Positions 10,665-21,271 of a stretch of DNA of 64,000 nucleotides are shown piece by piece. Position 1 is the stretch's first letter. Each line of letters begins with the position of its first letter. A program made the position numbers and the translations under genes. The DNA is from Methanocaldococcus indicus (GTDB lineage Archaea > AGJL01 > Methanococci > Methanococcales > Methanocaldococcaceae): the NCBI RefSeq assembly GCF_049554935.1, contig NZ_CP186926.1, positions 640,001 to 704,000 of the forward strand, in the 5' to 3' direction. The notes under the pieces were generated by a model, which saw only the letters and a list, made by a program, of their open reading frames with translations, made no database searches and was not told the DNA's origin.

Positions 10665-11798
10665 TTATAAGTTTTGTATTTCTAAGACCCATTTTTTAAT
10701 TCTTCTTAGTTCAATTTCTAATAATTCTAAGGTTTCTGGATTTATTGGTCTATTTGCTAACTTTTCAATATACATAAATGACATTATGTGCTCACTTGGT
10801 GTTAATTTGTCTCTTGGTTTTATATCTTCTTCTAAACCTGCCAATAATCTCATGTTTTTAGCTAATCTTAAAAGTTTTATGACTACTTTATTAGAAATCC
10901 ATCCAATCTCATTATAGTAATCTAATATATCAGGCAAGTTTGCAATGCCAACCTTTGATACTAAGAACTCAATCCATTTAAAAGCAATACCCATAGATAT
11001 TGGGTCTTCTGGAAAATCTTCTAATCTATATTTCCTTTCACTTAACATAACGTCACCTTCTATTCTCATTTCGATTTCACCAATGTCCATGTGTTCCTCA
11101 AGTTTTTCTTCTAAATCCTTTACTTCTTTTTCAGATACACTTACTCCTTCTTCTATTTGTATAGGTTGTGTTTCTTTTTCCTCAACTTCTATCTCTGGTT
11201 TTTCAGATATTTTTAATTCTTCTTTAGTAGCTTCATAATCTTTCTCTACTAATATCTTCTCTTTTACTTCTTCTTTTGGTTTTTCTTTAATTGTTACTTC
11301 TGATATTTCTGTTTCTTTTTCTTCTTCAACTATTTCTTTTTGTTTTAGTTCTTTTACACCTTTTTCAGGAGCTACTTCCTCAACTTTAATCTCTTCAATC
11401 TCTTCTTTTGCCTCTATTGGTTCAGCTTCAGGAGCTTTTTCAGTTTTTTCTGCTTCAACTTCAAGAGTTTCTGAGAGTTTTGTAGATGCTGCTAAAGTAG
11501 TAAGTTTCATTATAGTATCTAATTTTTGTTCTAAGGATTGTAACTTCTTAGTAAGTTCTTCAGTTTTATCTTCTCTACCTTTTGTTAATACTTCAGATAT
11601 CCTTTCAACTATTTTGTCAAGTTGTCTTTTAGTAACTTTTTTTCCTCTTAAGTTGTTTTTTAATAATATTATAATAAATGAGGGTAATTTCCCCCTAAGG
11701 TTTTCTAAATATTCTTCAATTTCATCATCTGTAAGAAATTCTTCATCATCAATGAAATCAACTGAAATGTCATTCATTGCTTTCTGTATCATCTTCAT
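10665..11798 (-). CDS. flaD: Archaellum accessory protein FlaD/ArlD with long Glu/Lys-rich linker
   Basis: C-terminal FlaD/E domain (KWIEFL...ILDYYNEIGWIS...EHIMS); position between flaC and flaE. Confidence 0.88.
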   Translation of the reverse strand: MKMIQKAMNDISVDFIDDEEFLTDDEIEEYLENLRGKLPSFIIILLKNNLRGKKVTKRQLDKIVERISEVLTKGREDKTEELTKKLQSLEQKLDTIMKLTTLAASTKLSETLEVEAEKTEKAPEAEPIEAKEEIEEIKVEEVAPEKGVKELKQKEIVEEEKETEISEVTIKEKPKEEVKEKILVEKDYEATKEELKISEKPEIEVEEKETQPIQIEEGVSVSEKEVKDLEEKLEEHMDIGEIEMRIEGDVMLSERKYRLEDFPEDPISMGIAFKWIEFLVSKVGIANLPDILDYYNEIGWISNKVVIKLLRLAKNMRLLAGLEEDIKPRDKLTPSEHIMSFMYIEKLANRPINPETLELLEIELRRIKKWVLEIQNL

Positions 11799-12356
11799 CC
11801 CCAGATATTGATTTTATTATTTCCTCTTCAATAACTTCCTCAATAATTTTATTTAAATCTATATTCAATTGACTTAAATATAAAGACCCTAACACCATCA
11901 AATCATTTGTGAGCTCCTCAACTAATGATTTTAATTTTTTATATTCTGATTCTAATCTTTCTAATTTTTCCAAACTTGTAGCTGTAATTTTTGAAACTCC
12001 TATAAAGGGATTTATTTGATTTGAGACTACTTCATACAAGGCCATTATATCTTGCAAATTTTCATTAATTTTATTAATTTCAATCCTCAACATTTCATTT
12101 TCTTTTCTTAAACTGTTTAGTGTAGATTCAAATCTTGGTAATCTTGACTCAATATCATTTAGTTTATTCATTAAATTTTCAGTTGTTTCCATTAAATCTC
12201 TAATACTTCTCTCCAACTCTTCATATTTATCAGATTCAATATCTTCATCTAATTCAATATCAATATCTAAAGATTCTTCATCACCGGGAGGTTGTTCTTT
12301 TTTTTTAATTTTGAAAGTTTTTCTTTTAGTGAATTAATAATATCTTTTATGCCCAT
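11770..12356 (-). CDS. flaC: Archaellum accessory protein FlaC/ArlC; reading frame broken by one base in an A9 tract near codon 18-20 (intact downstream ORF 11770..12216)
   Basis: LYEVVSNQINPF motif. ATG at 12356 with GGGGAT RBS gives MGIKDIINSLKEKLSKLKK, which joins the downstream frame only if one A is added at 12298-12306. Confidence 0.88.
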
Positions 12357-12398
12357 AATCATCCCCTTAAAAAGTTAAATATTTGGCCCTTAGGATAC

Positions 12399-13097
12399 TT
12401 ACTGTAGTGGGACAATATTCTCTGTAAATGTTGATGGAGCATAGAATTCAATAATTCCTGATGCACCATATTCTGGAATTACTTCTCCATATACTTTCTC
12501 TCTTGGAGTTATTTGCATATTTAAGTCACTTAAATCAACAGCTAAAGCTACTTTATCTCCAAAGTTTGCTGTTGGATGTGCTGTATTATTCAAAGAACCA
12601 TCTCCATCTTGTAATACAATAATTCCAAAATATCCTCCATCATTTGTAGCTTTAATATCATTAGCTAATGGAGTCCAAACACTATCATTTGCTACAGTTG
12701 AAGTAAATAGTCCATTTAGTCCATCTAATGCAGGGGTATATAAATATGAATTATTGTCATATACTAAAGATATCTTTTTTACTCCATCTGACAAAGTAAC
12801 TATTAAAGTACTTAAATCAATTTCATCCCCTACATTTGGAGAGATAAATATTAGCATTTTTGTTATTGATTTTTTATCTGGAGTATATCCAACAACTTTT
12901 ATAACTTGAATACCACTTGCGACTTGTTTGGTAGATTCCTCACCAACTCTTGCTGCTTTGTGTTGTAAGTTTGCTGCTGTGTTTATAATTACCGCAGCTG
13001 CTATTGACGCAACTAATACTAACGCTATAAAAATTATCAATGTCCCTATCCCTATTGCCCCTTTCTTTGATTTTATAAAATTCATAATAATCACCAA
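12399..13097 (-). CDS. flaB: Archaellin (minor, FlaB3-type)
   Basis: Class III signal KSKKG/AIGIGTLIIFIALVLVA; divergent body; last in the archaellin array. Confidence 0.92.
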   Translation of the reverse strand: MVIIMNFIKSKKGAIGIGTLIIFIALVLVASIAAAVIINTAANLQHKAARVGEESTKQVASGIQVIKVVGYTPDKKSITKMLIFISPNVGDEIDLSTLIVTLSDGVKKISLVYDNNSYLYTPALDGLNGLFTSTVANDSVWTPLANDIKATNDGGYFGIIVLQDGDGSLNNTAHPTANFGDKVALAVDLSDLNMQITPREKVYGEVIPEYGASGIIEFYAPSTFTENIVPLQ

Positions 13098-13124
13098 ACA
13101 TATACATATTGTAATATTTTTTAT

Positions 13125-13154
13125 TTTCTAAAAAAAATTATTTAGAGGAGAAAA
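13125..13154 (-). terminator. Possible partial oligo-T terminator between the major archaellins and the minor archaellin/accessory genes
   Basis: Minus strand after the 13155 stop reads TTTTCTCCTCTAAATAATTTTTTT; inference only. Confidence 0.35.
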
Positions 13155-13814
13155 TTATTGTAATTGGATTTCTTTTAAGTTATCTAAGTATGAAGCTGGT
13201 GTAGTGAATTCAATAACTGCTGGTGCTCCAAATTCTGGAACTACACTTCCAGTAACTGGTGTTCTTGTTGGTAATGCCATATTATTTGCTGTTAAGTTAA
13301 CAGTTAATGCAACAATATCTCCTTTATCAATTACTGGAGCACTTGCTGTACAGGAGTTGTCATCATCTCTTATAACAATTATACCAAACTTACCAGCTGT
13401 AGCTCCTTTCCAAGCAGTTAAACTTAAGTCACCAATATCTCCTGAGCTTTCAAATGTAGCCTTATCTGTAAAGGCTGAATCATTTAATTTTAATATAATT
13501 TTTTTATCATTTGCAGTTAGCATTACAGTAGTTTGTTTTAAATCAATAGGAGCACTTCCTGCATTTGGTGTTATATAGATTGCTAAATAGTTAATATCTG
13601 TTCCATTGTGAATACCTAAAACTTCCATACAAGATAAACCGCTTGCTACTTGTTCAGTAGATTGCTTACCTGTGGCCATAGCTTTTTGTTGGAGGAAACC
13701 GCTTGTATTGATTAATACTGCAGCAGCTACTGCTGCAACTAATACCATCGCTATGAAGACTATCAATGTCCCTATTCCCATTGCCCCTTTCTTACCTCTT
13801 ATATAGCTCATCAT
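13155..13814 (-). CDS. flaB: Archaellin (flagellin B)
   Basis: [42 protein letters not shown]. Confidence 0.96.
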   Translation of the reverse strand: MMSYIRGKKGAMGIGTLIVFIAMVLVAAVAAAVLINTSGFLQQKAMATGKQSTEQVASGLSCMEVLGIHNGTDINYLAIYITPNAGSAPIDLKQTTVMLTANDKKIILKLNDSAFTDKATFESSGDIGDLSLTAWKGATAGKFGIIVIRDDDNSCTASAPVIDKGDIVALTVNLTANNMALPTRTPVTGSVVPEFGAPAVIEFTTPASYLDNLKEIQLQ

Positions 13815-13866
13815 TACCTATCACCTTAAAAGTTTTGATTAACTAAGAGAGAGTTACTATCCTGGT

Positions 13867-14577
13867 TTATTGTAAGGTTACAACACCATCTTTAGTATTT
13901 GAATTTAGAACATATGTTGCTGGTGTTACAAATGATATAACTGCTGGTGCTCCAAATTCTGGAATAACGCTTCCTGTTACTTGGGTTCTTGGAGCTAATC
14001 CTAAATTTACGGTATTTAATCCTGTGTTAATTGTTAATACTACTAAATCTCCACTATCAATAACAGGAGTATTTGCTTTACATGAACCATCAGCATCTTG
14101 TAATACGATTATACCAAAGTTGTTTGCTGGCAAGTATGCGGTAATTGCAGTACCATTTGATAATGCCCATGATGAGTTAGCAGTAGTAGGTACATCAAAT
14201 ATATCTGAAGTACCTGATGTATTATCACTGTAGAATGATGAGTTGTATGTTAATATTAATGTTTTAGTACCATTGCTAATTTGTATTTTTACTTGACTTA
14301 AATCAATAGGAGCACTTCCTGCATTTGGTGTTATGAATATAGCCAATTGACTTATTTGGTTTGTAGTGTTATATCTACCTTGGATTTCTTTAATGTATAA
14401 ACCGCTTGCTACTTGTTCAGTAGATTGCTTACCTGTGGCCATAGCTTTTTGTTGGAGGAAACCGCTTGTATTGATTAATACTGCAGCAGCTACTGCTGCA
14501 ACTAATACCATCGCTATGAAGACTATCAATGTCCCTATTCCCATTGCCCCTTTCTTACCTCTTATATAGCTCATCAT
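13867..14577 (-). CDS. flaB: Archaellin (flagellin B)
   Basis: Same class III signal and conserved archaellin blocks. Confidence 0.96.
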   Translation of the reverse strand: MMSYIRGKKGAMGIGTLIVFIAMVLVAAVAAAVLINTSGFLQQKAMATGKQSTEQVASGLYIKEIQGRYNTTNQISQLAIFITPNAGSAPIDLSQVKIQISNGTKTLILTYNSSFYSDNTSGTSDIFDVPTTANSSWALSNGTAITAYLPANNFGIIVLQDADGSCKANTPVIDSGDLVVLTINTGLNTVNLGLAPRTQVTGSVIPEFGAPAVISFVTPATYVLNSNTKDGVVTLQ

Positions 14578-14624
14578 TACCTATCACCTCAGTTAGTTAG
14601 AAGTAATTAATTATTAGTTTTTTT

Positions 14625-15257
14625 TTATTGTAATTCAAATACATCTTGTGTATATGAAGCTGGTGTAGTGAATTCAATAACTGCTGGTGCCCCAAATTCT
14701 GGAACTACACTTCCTGTTATTGTTTGTCTTGTTGGTATTGACTCACCAAATACTTTACTTACATTAACTAACAATACTGCTAAATCTCCACTGTCAATTA
14801 CTCCTTGATTTAGGGATTTATCAGCATCTTGAATAATACCTACAACAAAGTGAGTTGCATCTGCATTTGTCCAGTTACCAATTCCAAATAAGTTATCAGT
14901 GCCTTCAGTTTCTGTTGTTACTCCATTATATACTAAAGATGCTGTTTTACCATCATATGTTAAAATAACTTTTGTTTGTTTTAAATCAATAGGAGCACTT
15001 CCTGCATTTGGAGATATATAAATTGCTATTGCATCTAATCCAGTTCCATCATAGTGTCCTGTTATTCCTTTACAAATTAAACCACTTGATACTTGTTCAG
15101 TAGATTGCTTACCTGTGGCCATAGCTTTTTGTTGGAGGAAACCGCTTGTATTGATTAATACTGCAGCAGCTACTGCTGCAACTAATACCATCGCTATGAA
15201 GACTATCAATGTCCCTATTCCCATTGCCCCTTTCTTACCTCTTATATAGCTCATCAT
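14625..15257 (-). CDS. flaB: Archaellin (flagellin B), first gene of the fla operon
   Basis: Same class III signal and conserved archaellin blocks. Confidence 0.96.
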   Translation of the reverse strand: MMSYIRGKKGAMGIGTLIVFIAMVLVAAVAAAVLINTSGFLQQKAMATGKQSTEQVSSGLICKGITGHYDGTGLDAIAIYISPNAGSAPIDLKQTKVILTYDGKTASLVYNGVTTETEGTDNLFGIGNWTNADATHFVVGIIQDADKSLNQGVIDSGDLAVLLVNVSKVFGESIPTRQTITGSVVPEFGAPAVIEFTTPASYTQDVFELQ

Positions 15258-15361
15258 TACCTATCACCTCAAAGAAAATAAGTATTATAGAGTTAGTAAA
15301 ATACATTTAAGCCCCTTTTCACATCTCCCCGATACATCTTCGTTATATTATTTTAATAGGA

Positions 15362-15421
15362 GGCTATATATATTATTTTTTTGCAAACAATAATGTTAAT
15401 AATTATGTAGGTGTTTATGTA
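15362..15421 (-). promoter_or_regulatory. fla operon promoter: TATA-like TATATATA (~15365-15372) with upstream TACATA direct repeats (EarA-type activator sites)
   Basis: TATGTA on + strand at 15404-15409 and 15416-15421, plus degenerate AATGTT at 15392-15397, at exact 12-bp spacing; TACATA is the EarA box described in Methanococcus maripaludis. Confidence 0.65.
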
Positions 15422-15439
15422 GGTAGGAGGTGATTAATC

Positions 15440-15838
15440 TTGATATATGAATATAAAATAAGAAGCTGTAAAAGAGAAGAGCTAATTGATATAACAGATT
15501 TAGTTGTTAATGCAATAGAAGAAAGTAATGTTAAAGAAGGGATTGCTATTATATATTGTCCTCATACAACTGCTGGAATTGTAATTAATGAGAATGCTGA
15601 TTACTCTGTTAGAGAAGATATAATAAATTTCTTAAATTATTTAGTTCCAATAAATTTTAATTTTAAACACTTAGAAGGCAATTCTGATGCACATATTAAG
15701 AGTTGTTTAGTAGGAAATGAAAAAACTATAATAATTAAAGATAACAAACCATTATTAGGAACTTGGCAAGGAATATTTTTTGCTGAATTTGATGGCCCAA
15801 GGGTTAGAAAAGTTATAATAAAAATCTTGGAAGGTTAA
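15440..15838 (+). CDS. YjbQ/UPF0047 family protein (secondary thiamine-phosphate synthase-like)
   Basis: HTTAGIVINENAD, H.EGNSDAHIKS, LGTWQGIFFAEFDGPR. Confidence 0.92.
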   Translation: MIYEYKIRSCKREELIDITDLVVNAIEESNVKEGIAIIYCPHTTAGIVINENADYSVREDIINFLNYLVPINFNFKHLEGNSDAHIKSCLVGNEKTIIIKDNKPLLGTWQGIFFAEFDGPRVRKVIIKILEG

Positions 15839-15841
15839 TTT

Positions 15842-16852
15842 ATGGTAAAAGCTCTAAAAGTAAATAAAAAATTTGGAGAAAGTGTAAGGAGAATTTTGAT
15901 AGAGAACTCTATATACAATAAGGAGTATAAAATAGAAAAGGATAATAATTATCTGTACATTCCAATATATAATATTAATGAAGAAATTTTACAAAATTTA
16001 ATAAATGTAGAGTTTGATATTGTTGAGAAAGATTTAGAAAAAATTAAGAAAAATAAACAAAAAAGTTTTAGAGATGTAGTTTTAGAGAAATACTCTAACT
16101 TAGTTAAAAATAAGTTAGTATCTTTATCTTATGACCATATTGGTGATTTAGTTTTACTCCAAATTGATGATGAAGTTCCTTACAATATAAGGAAAGATAT
16201 TGGTGAGTTGGCTTATAAACTAATTCCTTGTAGAGGAGTTTTTAGAAGAAAAAGTGAAATTAAAGGTGAGTATAGAGTTAGAGAGATAGAACATTTAGCA
16301 GGAGAAAATAGAACTCTAACTATCCATAAAGAAAATAATTATAGGTTATATGTTGATATAGCAAATGTTTATTTTTCTCCAAGATTAGGTTGGGAAAGGA
16401 AGAGAGTTGGAGAGTTAGTTAAAGGAAATGAGATAGTTATTGATATGTTCTCTGGTGTTGGACCTTTTTCTATTGCTTGTAAGAATGCTAAAAAAATTTA
16501 TGCAATAGATATTAATCCTTATGCAATTGATTTGTTAAAGAAAAACATAGAAATGAATAAGCTACAACATAAAATAATTCCTATATTATCAGATGTTAGA
16601 GAAGTGAATTTAAAAGGAGACAGAATTATAATGAACTTGCCAAAATATTCATATAAATTTATTGATAAAGCTTTAGAGTTAGTAAAAGAAGGTGGAGTTA
16701 TTCATTATTATACCATAGGAAAAGATTTTGATGAAGCAATAAAACCATTTATAAATAAATGTGAATTTAAAATATTAAATAAGAGGATTGTTAAGAGTTA
16801 TGCACCAAGAGAGTATATATTCTCTTTTGATATTAAAGTTGTGAAAGTATGA
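15842..16852 (+). CDS. trm5: tRNA (guanine-37-N1) methyltransferase, Trm5 family
   Basis: [36 protein letters not shown]. Confidence 0.9.
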   Translation: MVKALKVNKKFGESVRRILIENSIYNKEYKIEKDNNYLYIPIYNINEEILQNLINVEFDIVEKDLEKIKKNKQKSFRDVVLEKYSNLVKNKLVSLSYDHIGDLVLLQIDDEVPYNIRKDIGELAYKLIPCRGVFRRKSEIKGEYRVREIEHLAGENRTLTIHKENNYRLYVDIANVYFSPRLGWERKRVGELVKGNEIVIDMFSGVGPFSIACKNAKKIYAIDINPYAIDLLKKNIEMNKLQHKIIPILSDVREVNLKGDRIIMNLPKYSYKFIDKALELVKEGGVIHYYTIGKDFDEAIKPFINKCEFKILNKRIVKSYAPREYIFSFDIKVVKV

Positions 16853-18351
16853 ACTGGGTAGAAAAGTATAGACCAAAAACCTTGGATGAAGTTGTTGGAC
16901 AGGATAAAGTTAAAGAAAAATTAAAAAATTGGATAGAGAGTTTTTTAAAAGGAAAAGTGCAAAAACCAATACTGTTGGCTGGACCTCCTGGAATTGGAAA
17001 AACAACTTTGGCTTATGCATTAGCCAACACTTATGGATTAGATGTTATTGAGTTAAATGCCAGTGATAAGAGAAATGCTGAACATATTAGGAGGATTGTT
17101 GGACAGTCAGCTACATCAAAATCAATATTAGGAAATAGGGTTTTAATTATTTTAGATGAAGTAGATGGGATATCTTCAAAAGAAGATAGTGGAGGAGTTT
17201 CAGAGTTAATAAAAATTATTAAAAAAGCAAAAAATCCAATAATTTTAACAGCTAATGACCCTTATTCTCCAAATTTAAGGACTTTATTAGGTTATGTTGA
17301 ACTTATTGAATTAAAACCTCTCTCTGTTAGGGATATATATAAAGTTTTAAAAAAGATAGCTGAAAAAGAAGGATTGAATGTAGATGACAAAACCCTTAGA
17401 ATGATAGCTCAACATTCAGCAGGAGATTTAAGAAGTGCTATAAATGATTTAGAAGCATTAGCTTTGGCAAATGATTTAAGTTATGAATCAGCTCAAAAAC
17501 TTCCTGATAGAGATAGAGAAAAAAACATTTTTGATGCAATAAGGATAATTTTAAAGACAGAGAAGTATGGAATTGCTACAACAGCACTAATGAATGTAGA
17601 TGAAACACCAGACATAGTTATTGAATGGTTATCTGAAAATATTCCTAATGAATATGAAAAAAAAGAAGAGATTGCCAAAGCTTTTGATTATCTCTCTAAG
17701 GCAGATATGTTTTTAGGTAGAGCTATCAAGACACAAAACTATTCATTTTGGAAGTATGCAACAAATCTAATGACTGCTGGTGTTGCTCTTTCTAAGGAGC
17801 ATAAATACAGAAAATGGACACCATATAGATATCCAAAAATATTTAGATTATTGGCTAAAACAAAAGCTGAAAGAGAATTCTTAAAGAAAATTTTAAAAAA
17901 GATAGCTGAAAAAACACATACATCCACAAGAAGAGCAAGGTTAGAGTTGGAAAGTTTAAAACTTTTATCAAAATCAAATCCTGAGAAAGTTGCTGAATTA
18001 TGTTTATTCTATGAATTTACTGAGGAAGAAATAAAAAATCTATTTGGAAATGATATATTAAAGTTAGTTAAAAAAATAAAAGAAAATATTAGAAAAGTAG
18101 AAAGTAAAAAAGAAAAGAAAAAAGGAGATGAAGAAAAACATAAAGTTAAAGAGAACAAAGAAAAAGAAGTAGAAATATCAAAAGTTAAAAAGGAAGTTAA
18201 AGAAGTAAAAGATGATAATAAAAAAGATACAAATAAAGAAATTAAATCAAAAGATAAAGAAAAAGAAGAAAAAACTGATGAGAGCAAAGATAAAAAAGAA
18301 AAGAAAAAAGATAAAGGAAAGCAACTAACATTAGATAGCTTTTTTAAATAA
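16849..18351 (+). CDS. rfcL: Replication factor C large subunit
   Basis: [32 protein letters not shown]-terminal PIP box KQLTLDSFF. Confidence 0.96.
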   Translation: MNWVEKYRPKTLDEVVGQDKVKEKLKNWIESFLKGKVQKPILLAGPPGIGKTTLAYALANTYGLDVIELNASDKRNAEHIRRIVGQSATSKSILGNRVLIILDEVDGISSKEDSGGVSELIKIIKKAKNPIILTANDPYSPNLRTLLGYVELIELKPLSVRDIYKVLKKIAEKEGLNVDDKTLRMIAQHSAGDLRSAINDLEALALANDLSYESAQKLPDRDREKNIFDAIRIILKTEKYGIATTALMNVDETPDIVIEWLSENIPNEYEKKEEIAKAFDYLSKADMFLGRAIKTQNYSFWKYATNLMTAGVALSKEHKYRKWTPYRYPKIFRLLAKTKAEREFLKKILKKIAEKTHTSTRRARLELESLKLLSKSNPEKVAELCLFYEFTEEEIKNLFGNDILKLVKKIKENIRKVESKKEKKKGDEEKHKVKENKEKEVEISKVKKEVKEVKDDNKKDTNKEIKSKDKEKEEKTDESKDKKEKKKDKGKQLTLDSFFK

Positions 18352-18360
18352 TTAAATGAG

Positions 18361-18822
18361 GTGATAACTATTTGGAAAGATGCTCCTTCTCACATATGTA
18401 GAGGAGGTGATTTAAGAGGATTAGCTTTTTGCTGTCCTCCAATAAAATACTGTCCAATACATCAAGCTCTAAATATTTTAAAACTATCTCCAGAGGAGTT
18501 TATAAAGTTAAAAGAAGAATTTGGTAAAAGAAGTAAATTAGGTTTAGGAAAAAATACATGTTTTGGCTCATTAGTGTGGTGTTGTAAGATAACTAAACCA
18601 TGCCCATATAGAGATTTAGAGCTTAGAAAAAACAATATTTCTCCAGAGGAATATATGAAACTAAAAAAAGAACTTGCTGAATATATTTTAAAAAATAGTC
18701 CATGGTTTAAAGAAAGTGTTGAGATACTATCAAAAAAGTTTCCTAAGGAAGATGTTGAAAGAGCTTTGTTAGAGACAGGAGATTTGGAGAAGGCATATAA
18801 ACTATTAAAGATGAGAAAATGA
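18361..18822 (+). CDS. Cys-rich methanogenesis marker 9 domain protein
   Basis: [23 protein letters not shown] and [16 protein letters not shown]. Confidence 0.85.
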   Translation: MITIWKDAPSHICRGGDLRGLAFCCPPIKYCPIHQALNILKLSPEEFIKLKEEFGKRSKLGLGKNTCFGSLVWCCKITKPCPYRDLELRKNNISPEEYMKLKKELAEYILKNSPWFKESVEILSKKFPKEDVERALLETGDLEKAYKLLKMRK

Positions 18823-19493
18823 ACTGGAAAGGGCATACTATTTTAGGATTAATTTTTTCTCTACCTGTCATTTTTTCTCCTGAGCATATATTCTTAGCTT
18901 TAGCTGGAGCTTTATATCCTGATTTAGACCATGAATACAAGGAAGAGATTGTTAAAAGAGGATTATTAATCTCTGGCTCAATAGTTCTAATTAATATTTT
19001 ATTGTATTTTTTTAATACTAAATTATTCAATTTAGAATTTTTTATCTTAGCTGTCCTAATATTTTTTATTTTTATAATTCCCTACTTTTCTGAGCATAGG
19101 ACATATACTCACACATTTTATTCATTAATAATGGTTTCTTTGATTATGGGATACTTTGTTTATAAACTTTCTATATTGTCCCCTACTTTCATCTCCTTAC
19201 TTATGTTGGCTATGGTCACATCTGAAAATTTGTTAGGGAAAGTTATTATATATGCACTAATTGGCTGGTTAATACTTACAATAGTTGGTTTTAAATATTC
19301 AACTGAATTTATTTTTTATTTTTTACCAATATTTGCAGGCTATCTATCCCATTTAGTTGGAGATTCTTTAACTCCAAAAGGAATAAAACCCCTATATCCT
19401 TTAAACTATAAACTAAAAAAAGAGCATGCAATAATTATAACTATTATATGGTTCATATTTGCATTATATCTCAGATTTTTTATTATAAAATAA
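18819..19493 (+). CDS. Membrane-bound metal-dependent hydrolase (YdjM/DUF457-like)
   Basis: [27 protein letters not shown]. Confidence 0.85.
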   Translation: MNWKGHTILGLIFSLPVIFSPEHIFLALAGALYPDLDHEYKEEIVKRGLLISGSIVLINILLYFFNTKLFNLEFFILAVLIFFIFIIPYFSEHRTYTHTFYSLIMVSLIMGYFVYKLSILSPTFISLLMLAMVTSENLLGKVIIYALIGWLILTIVGFKYSTEFIFYFLPIFAGYLSHLVGDSLTPKGIKPLYPLNYKLKKEHAIIITIIWFIFALYLRFFIIK

Positions 19494-19499
19494 ATTTTA

Positions 19500-20666
19500 A
19501 TGATTAGTATGATAATTGGAAAGTTAGGAAAAGATAAAAAAGAAAGTAATGAAGATTTCAATATAATTTTAGAAAAAATAGCTAAAAAAGTTAAAGTTAG
19601 TGAAGGTAAAAGAGCTGTTGAAGATGTATTTAGAGTAATATATAGAGAAGGGAAAATATCAACAAAAAAAATATCTCAAAAAACTAAATTACCACTACCA
19701 ATAGTAGCAAAAATAAAGAGTTACTTAGAAAGAGAGAAATTTATATACAAAGGAAAGCTCACAGAAAAAGGTGAAGAATTAGCTAAATTCTTAGGTTTGA
19801 AATATAAAAAATCCTTAGAATGTCCATTGTGTAAAGGTAGAGGAATAGTTTTAGATGACTATTTTAAAGAGATTTTAGAGAGAGTTAAAAAATACTTTAA
19901 AGAGAGACCAACAGTTAATACTTCATTAGACCAATCATTTGCTACTCCTGAAACATCAGTTTATAGAACAGCTTTAATGTATGAGAGAGGAGATTTAGAA
20001 GGAAAAGATATTATATTTATTGGAGATGATGATTTAACATCCTTACCAACAGCATTAACAAACTTTCCAAATAAAGTTTATGTTGTAGATATAGATGAAA
20101 GACTTTTAAATTTAATTAAAAGGTTTTGTGAAAAAGAAAATGTAAAAATAGAATGTATAAAGCATGATTTAAGGAAAGAACTTCCAGAAAAAATAAAAGA
20201 GAGTTTTGATATTTTCTCAACTGACCCTCCCTATACAGTAGATGGACTAAAACTATTTTTGTCAAGGGGTATAGAAGCTCTAAAAGATTTTAGTGGAGTA
20301 GCCTATCTCTCCTACTCTCATAAACCAATAGATGAATGGTTAAAGATTCAGGAAGAAATAACAAAAATGAACTTTGTTATAACTGAATTAATTCCAAAAT
20401 TCAATTACTATGAAGGTAGTGAAATAATAGGCAATATTACATTTATATCAAGATTGGTAGGAAAAAATCTAAAACCAAATATAGGCAGTTTAGATAAATT
20501 ATATACTGGATTAGTTAAACCTGTTATTAGATACTATAAATGTGTAAAATGTGGGAAAGTTTATAAAGTTGGATTAAATGAAAAAATTAAGAAAGTTGAA
20601 GATTTAATATGTGAGTGTGGAAGCAAAAAATTTAAATTAATTAAAAGAGAAAAAATTAAGAGTTAG
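19500..20666 (+). CDS. bpsA: Branched-chain polyamine synthase (N4-bis(aminopropyl)spermidine synthase, BpsA family)
   Basis: [25 protein letters not shown]; extra N-terminal wHTH-like part and C-terminal CxxC..CxCG. Confidence 0.75.
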   Translation: MISMIIGKLGKDKKESNEDFNIILEKIAKKVKVSEGKRAVEDVFRVIYREGKISTKKISQKTKLPLPIVAKIKSYLEREKFIYKGKLTEKGEELAKFLGLKYKKSLECPLCKGRGIVLDDYFKEILERVKKYFKERPTVNTSLDQSFATPETSVYRTALMYERGDLEGKDIIFIGDDDLTSLPTALTNFPNKVYVVDIDERLLNLIKRFCEKENVKIECIKHDLRKELPEKIKESFDIFSTDPPYTVDGLKLFLSRGIEALKDFSGVAYLSYSHKPIDEWLKIQEEITKMNFVITELIPKFNYYEGSEIIGNITFISRLVGKNLKPNIGSLDKLYTGLVKPVIRYYKCVKCGKVYKVGLNEKIKKVEDLICECGSKKFKLIKREKIKS

Positions 20667-20749
20667 TATATATAAAAGAAAATTTTTATTTTAGTAGTTG
20701 TTATAATCTCTATTTCATAAAAATCATAAAAAAATTTTTTGGTGATTTT

Positions 20750-21247
20750 ATGGATAAGATAAAAGGAAGAGTTTGGAAGTTTGGGGATAATGTAGATACT
20801 GATGCAATAATGCCAGCAAGATATTTAGTGCATACAGAACCAGAAGAATTAGCTAAATATGTAATGACTGGGATAGATGAAGAATTTCCAAAAAAAGTAA
20901 AAAAAGGAGACATAATAGTTGCAGGAAAAAACTTTGGATGTGGCTCTTCAAGAGAACATGCTCCAATTGGATTAAAAGCTGCTGGAATATCTGTTGTTAT
21001 TGCTGAAAGTTTTGCAAGAATCTTTTATAGAAATGCTATAAACATTGGACTTCCATTAATAGAGTGTAAAGACATAACTAAAAAAGTAAATGAAGGAGAT
21101 GAGTTAGAAGTAGATTTAAAAACAGGAATTATAAAGAATTTAACAACAGGAGAAATAATTCAAGGACAAAAACTCCCTGAGTTTATGATGGAGATTTTAG
21201 AGGCAGGAGGATTAATGCCTTATTTAATTAATAAGATTAAGCAGTAA
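20750..21247 (+). CDS. leuD: 3-isopropylmalate/citramalate isomerase small subunit
   Basis: [34 protein letters not shown]; YLV loop rather than the homoaconitase YLRT loop. Confidence 0.88.
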   Translation: MDKIKGRVWKFGDNVDTDAIMPARYLVHTEPEELAKYVMTGIDEEFPKKVKKGDIIVAGKNFGCGSSREHAPIGLKAAGISVVIAESFARIFYRNAINIGLPLIECKDITKKVNEGDELEVDLKTGIIKNLTTGEIIQGQKLPEFMMEILEAGGLMPYLINKIKQ

Positions 21248-21271
21248 AATTTTTTAATTTTTTGTGAGAGT

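Larger units (their letters stand above)
13647..15269 (-). repeat. Three identical 180-bp direct repeats (13647-13826, 14410-14589, 15090-15269) covering the RBS and first ~56 codons of three archaellins
   Basis: Base-by-base comparison by eye shows identity, including synonymous sites and the AGGTGATAGGTA leader. Confidence 0.92.

Noticed and set aside
11090-11480. Glu/Lys-rich low-complexity region in flaD
   Set aside because: Variable acidic linker expected in FlaD; no exact DNA tandem repeat seen
13647-15269. Regularly spaced repeats as a possible CRISPR array or IS ends
   Set aside because: The repeats are 180 bp, coding, and correspond to archaellin N-termini; no cas or transposase genes
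15305-15345. Locally GC-richer intergenic stretch as a possible small ncRNA or tRNA
   Set aside because: Too short, no complementary stems or cloverleaf; best explained as the fla 5' UTR
18070-18320. Purine-rich low-complexity tract
   Set aside because: Encodes the normal Lys/Glu-rich RFC-L linker before the PIP box
16849-18351. Possible intein in RFC or other typical host genes
   Set aside because: Protein lengths are normal and no intein splice-junction or LAGLIDADG blocks were seen
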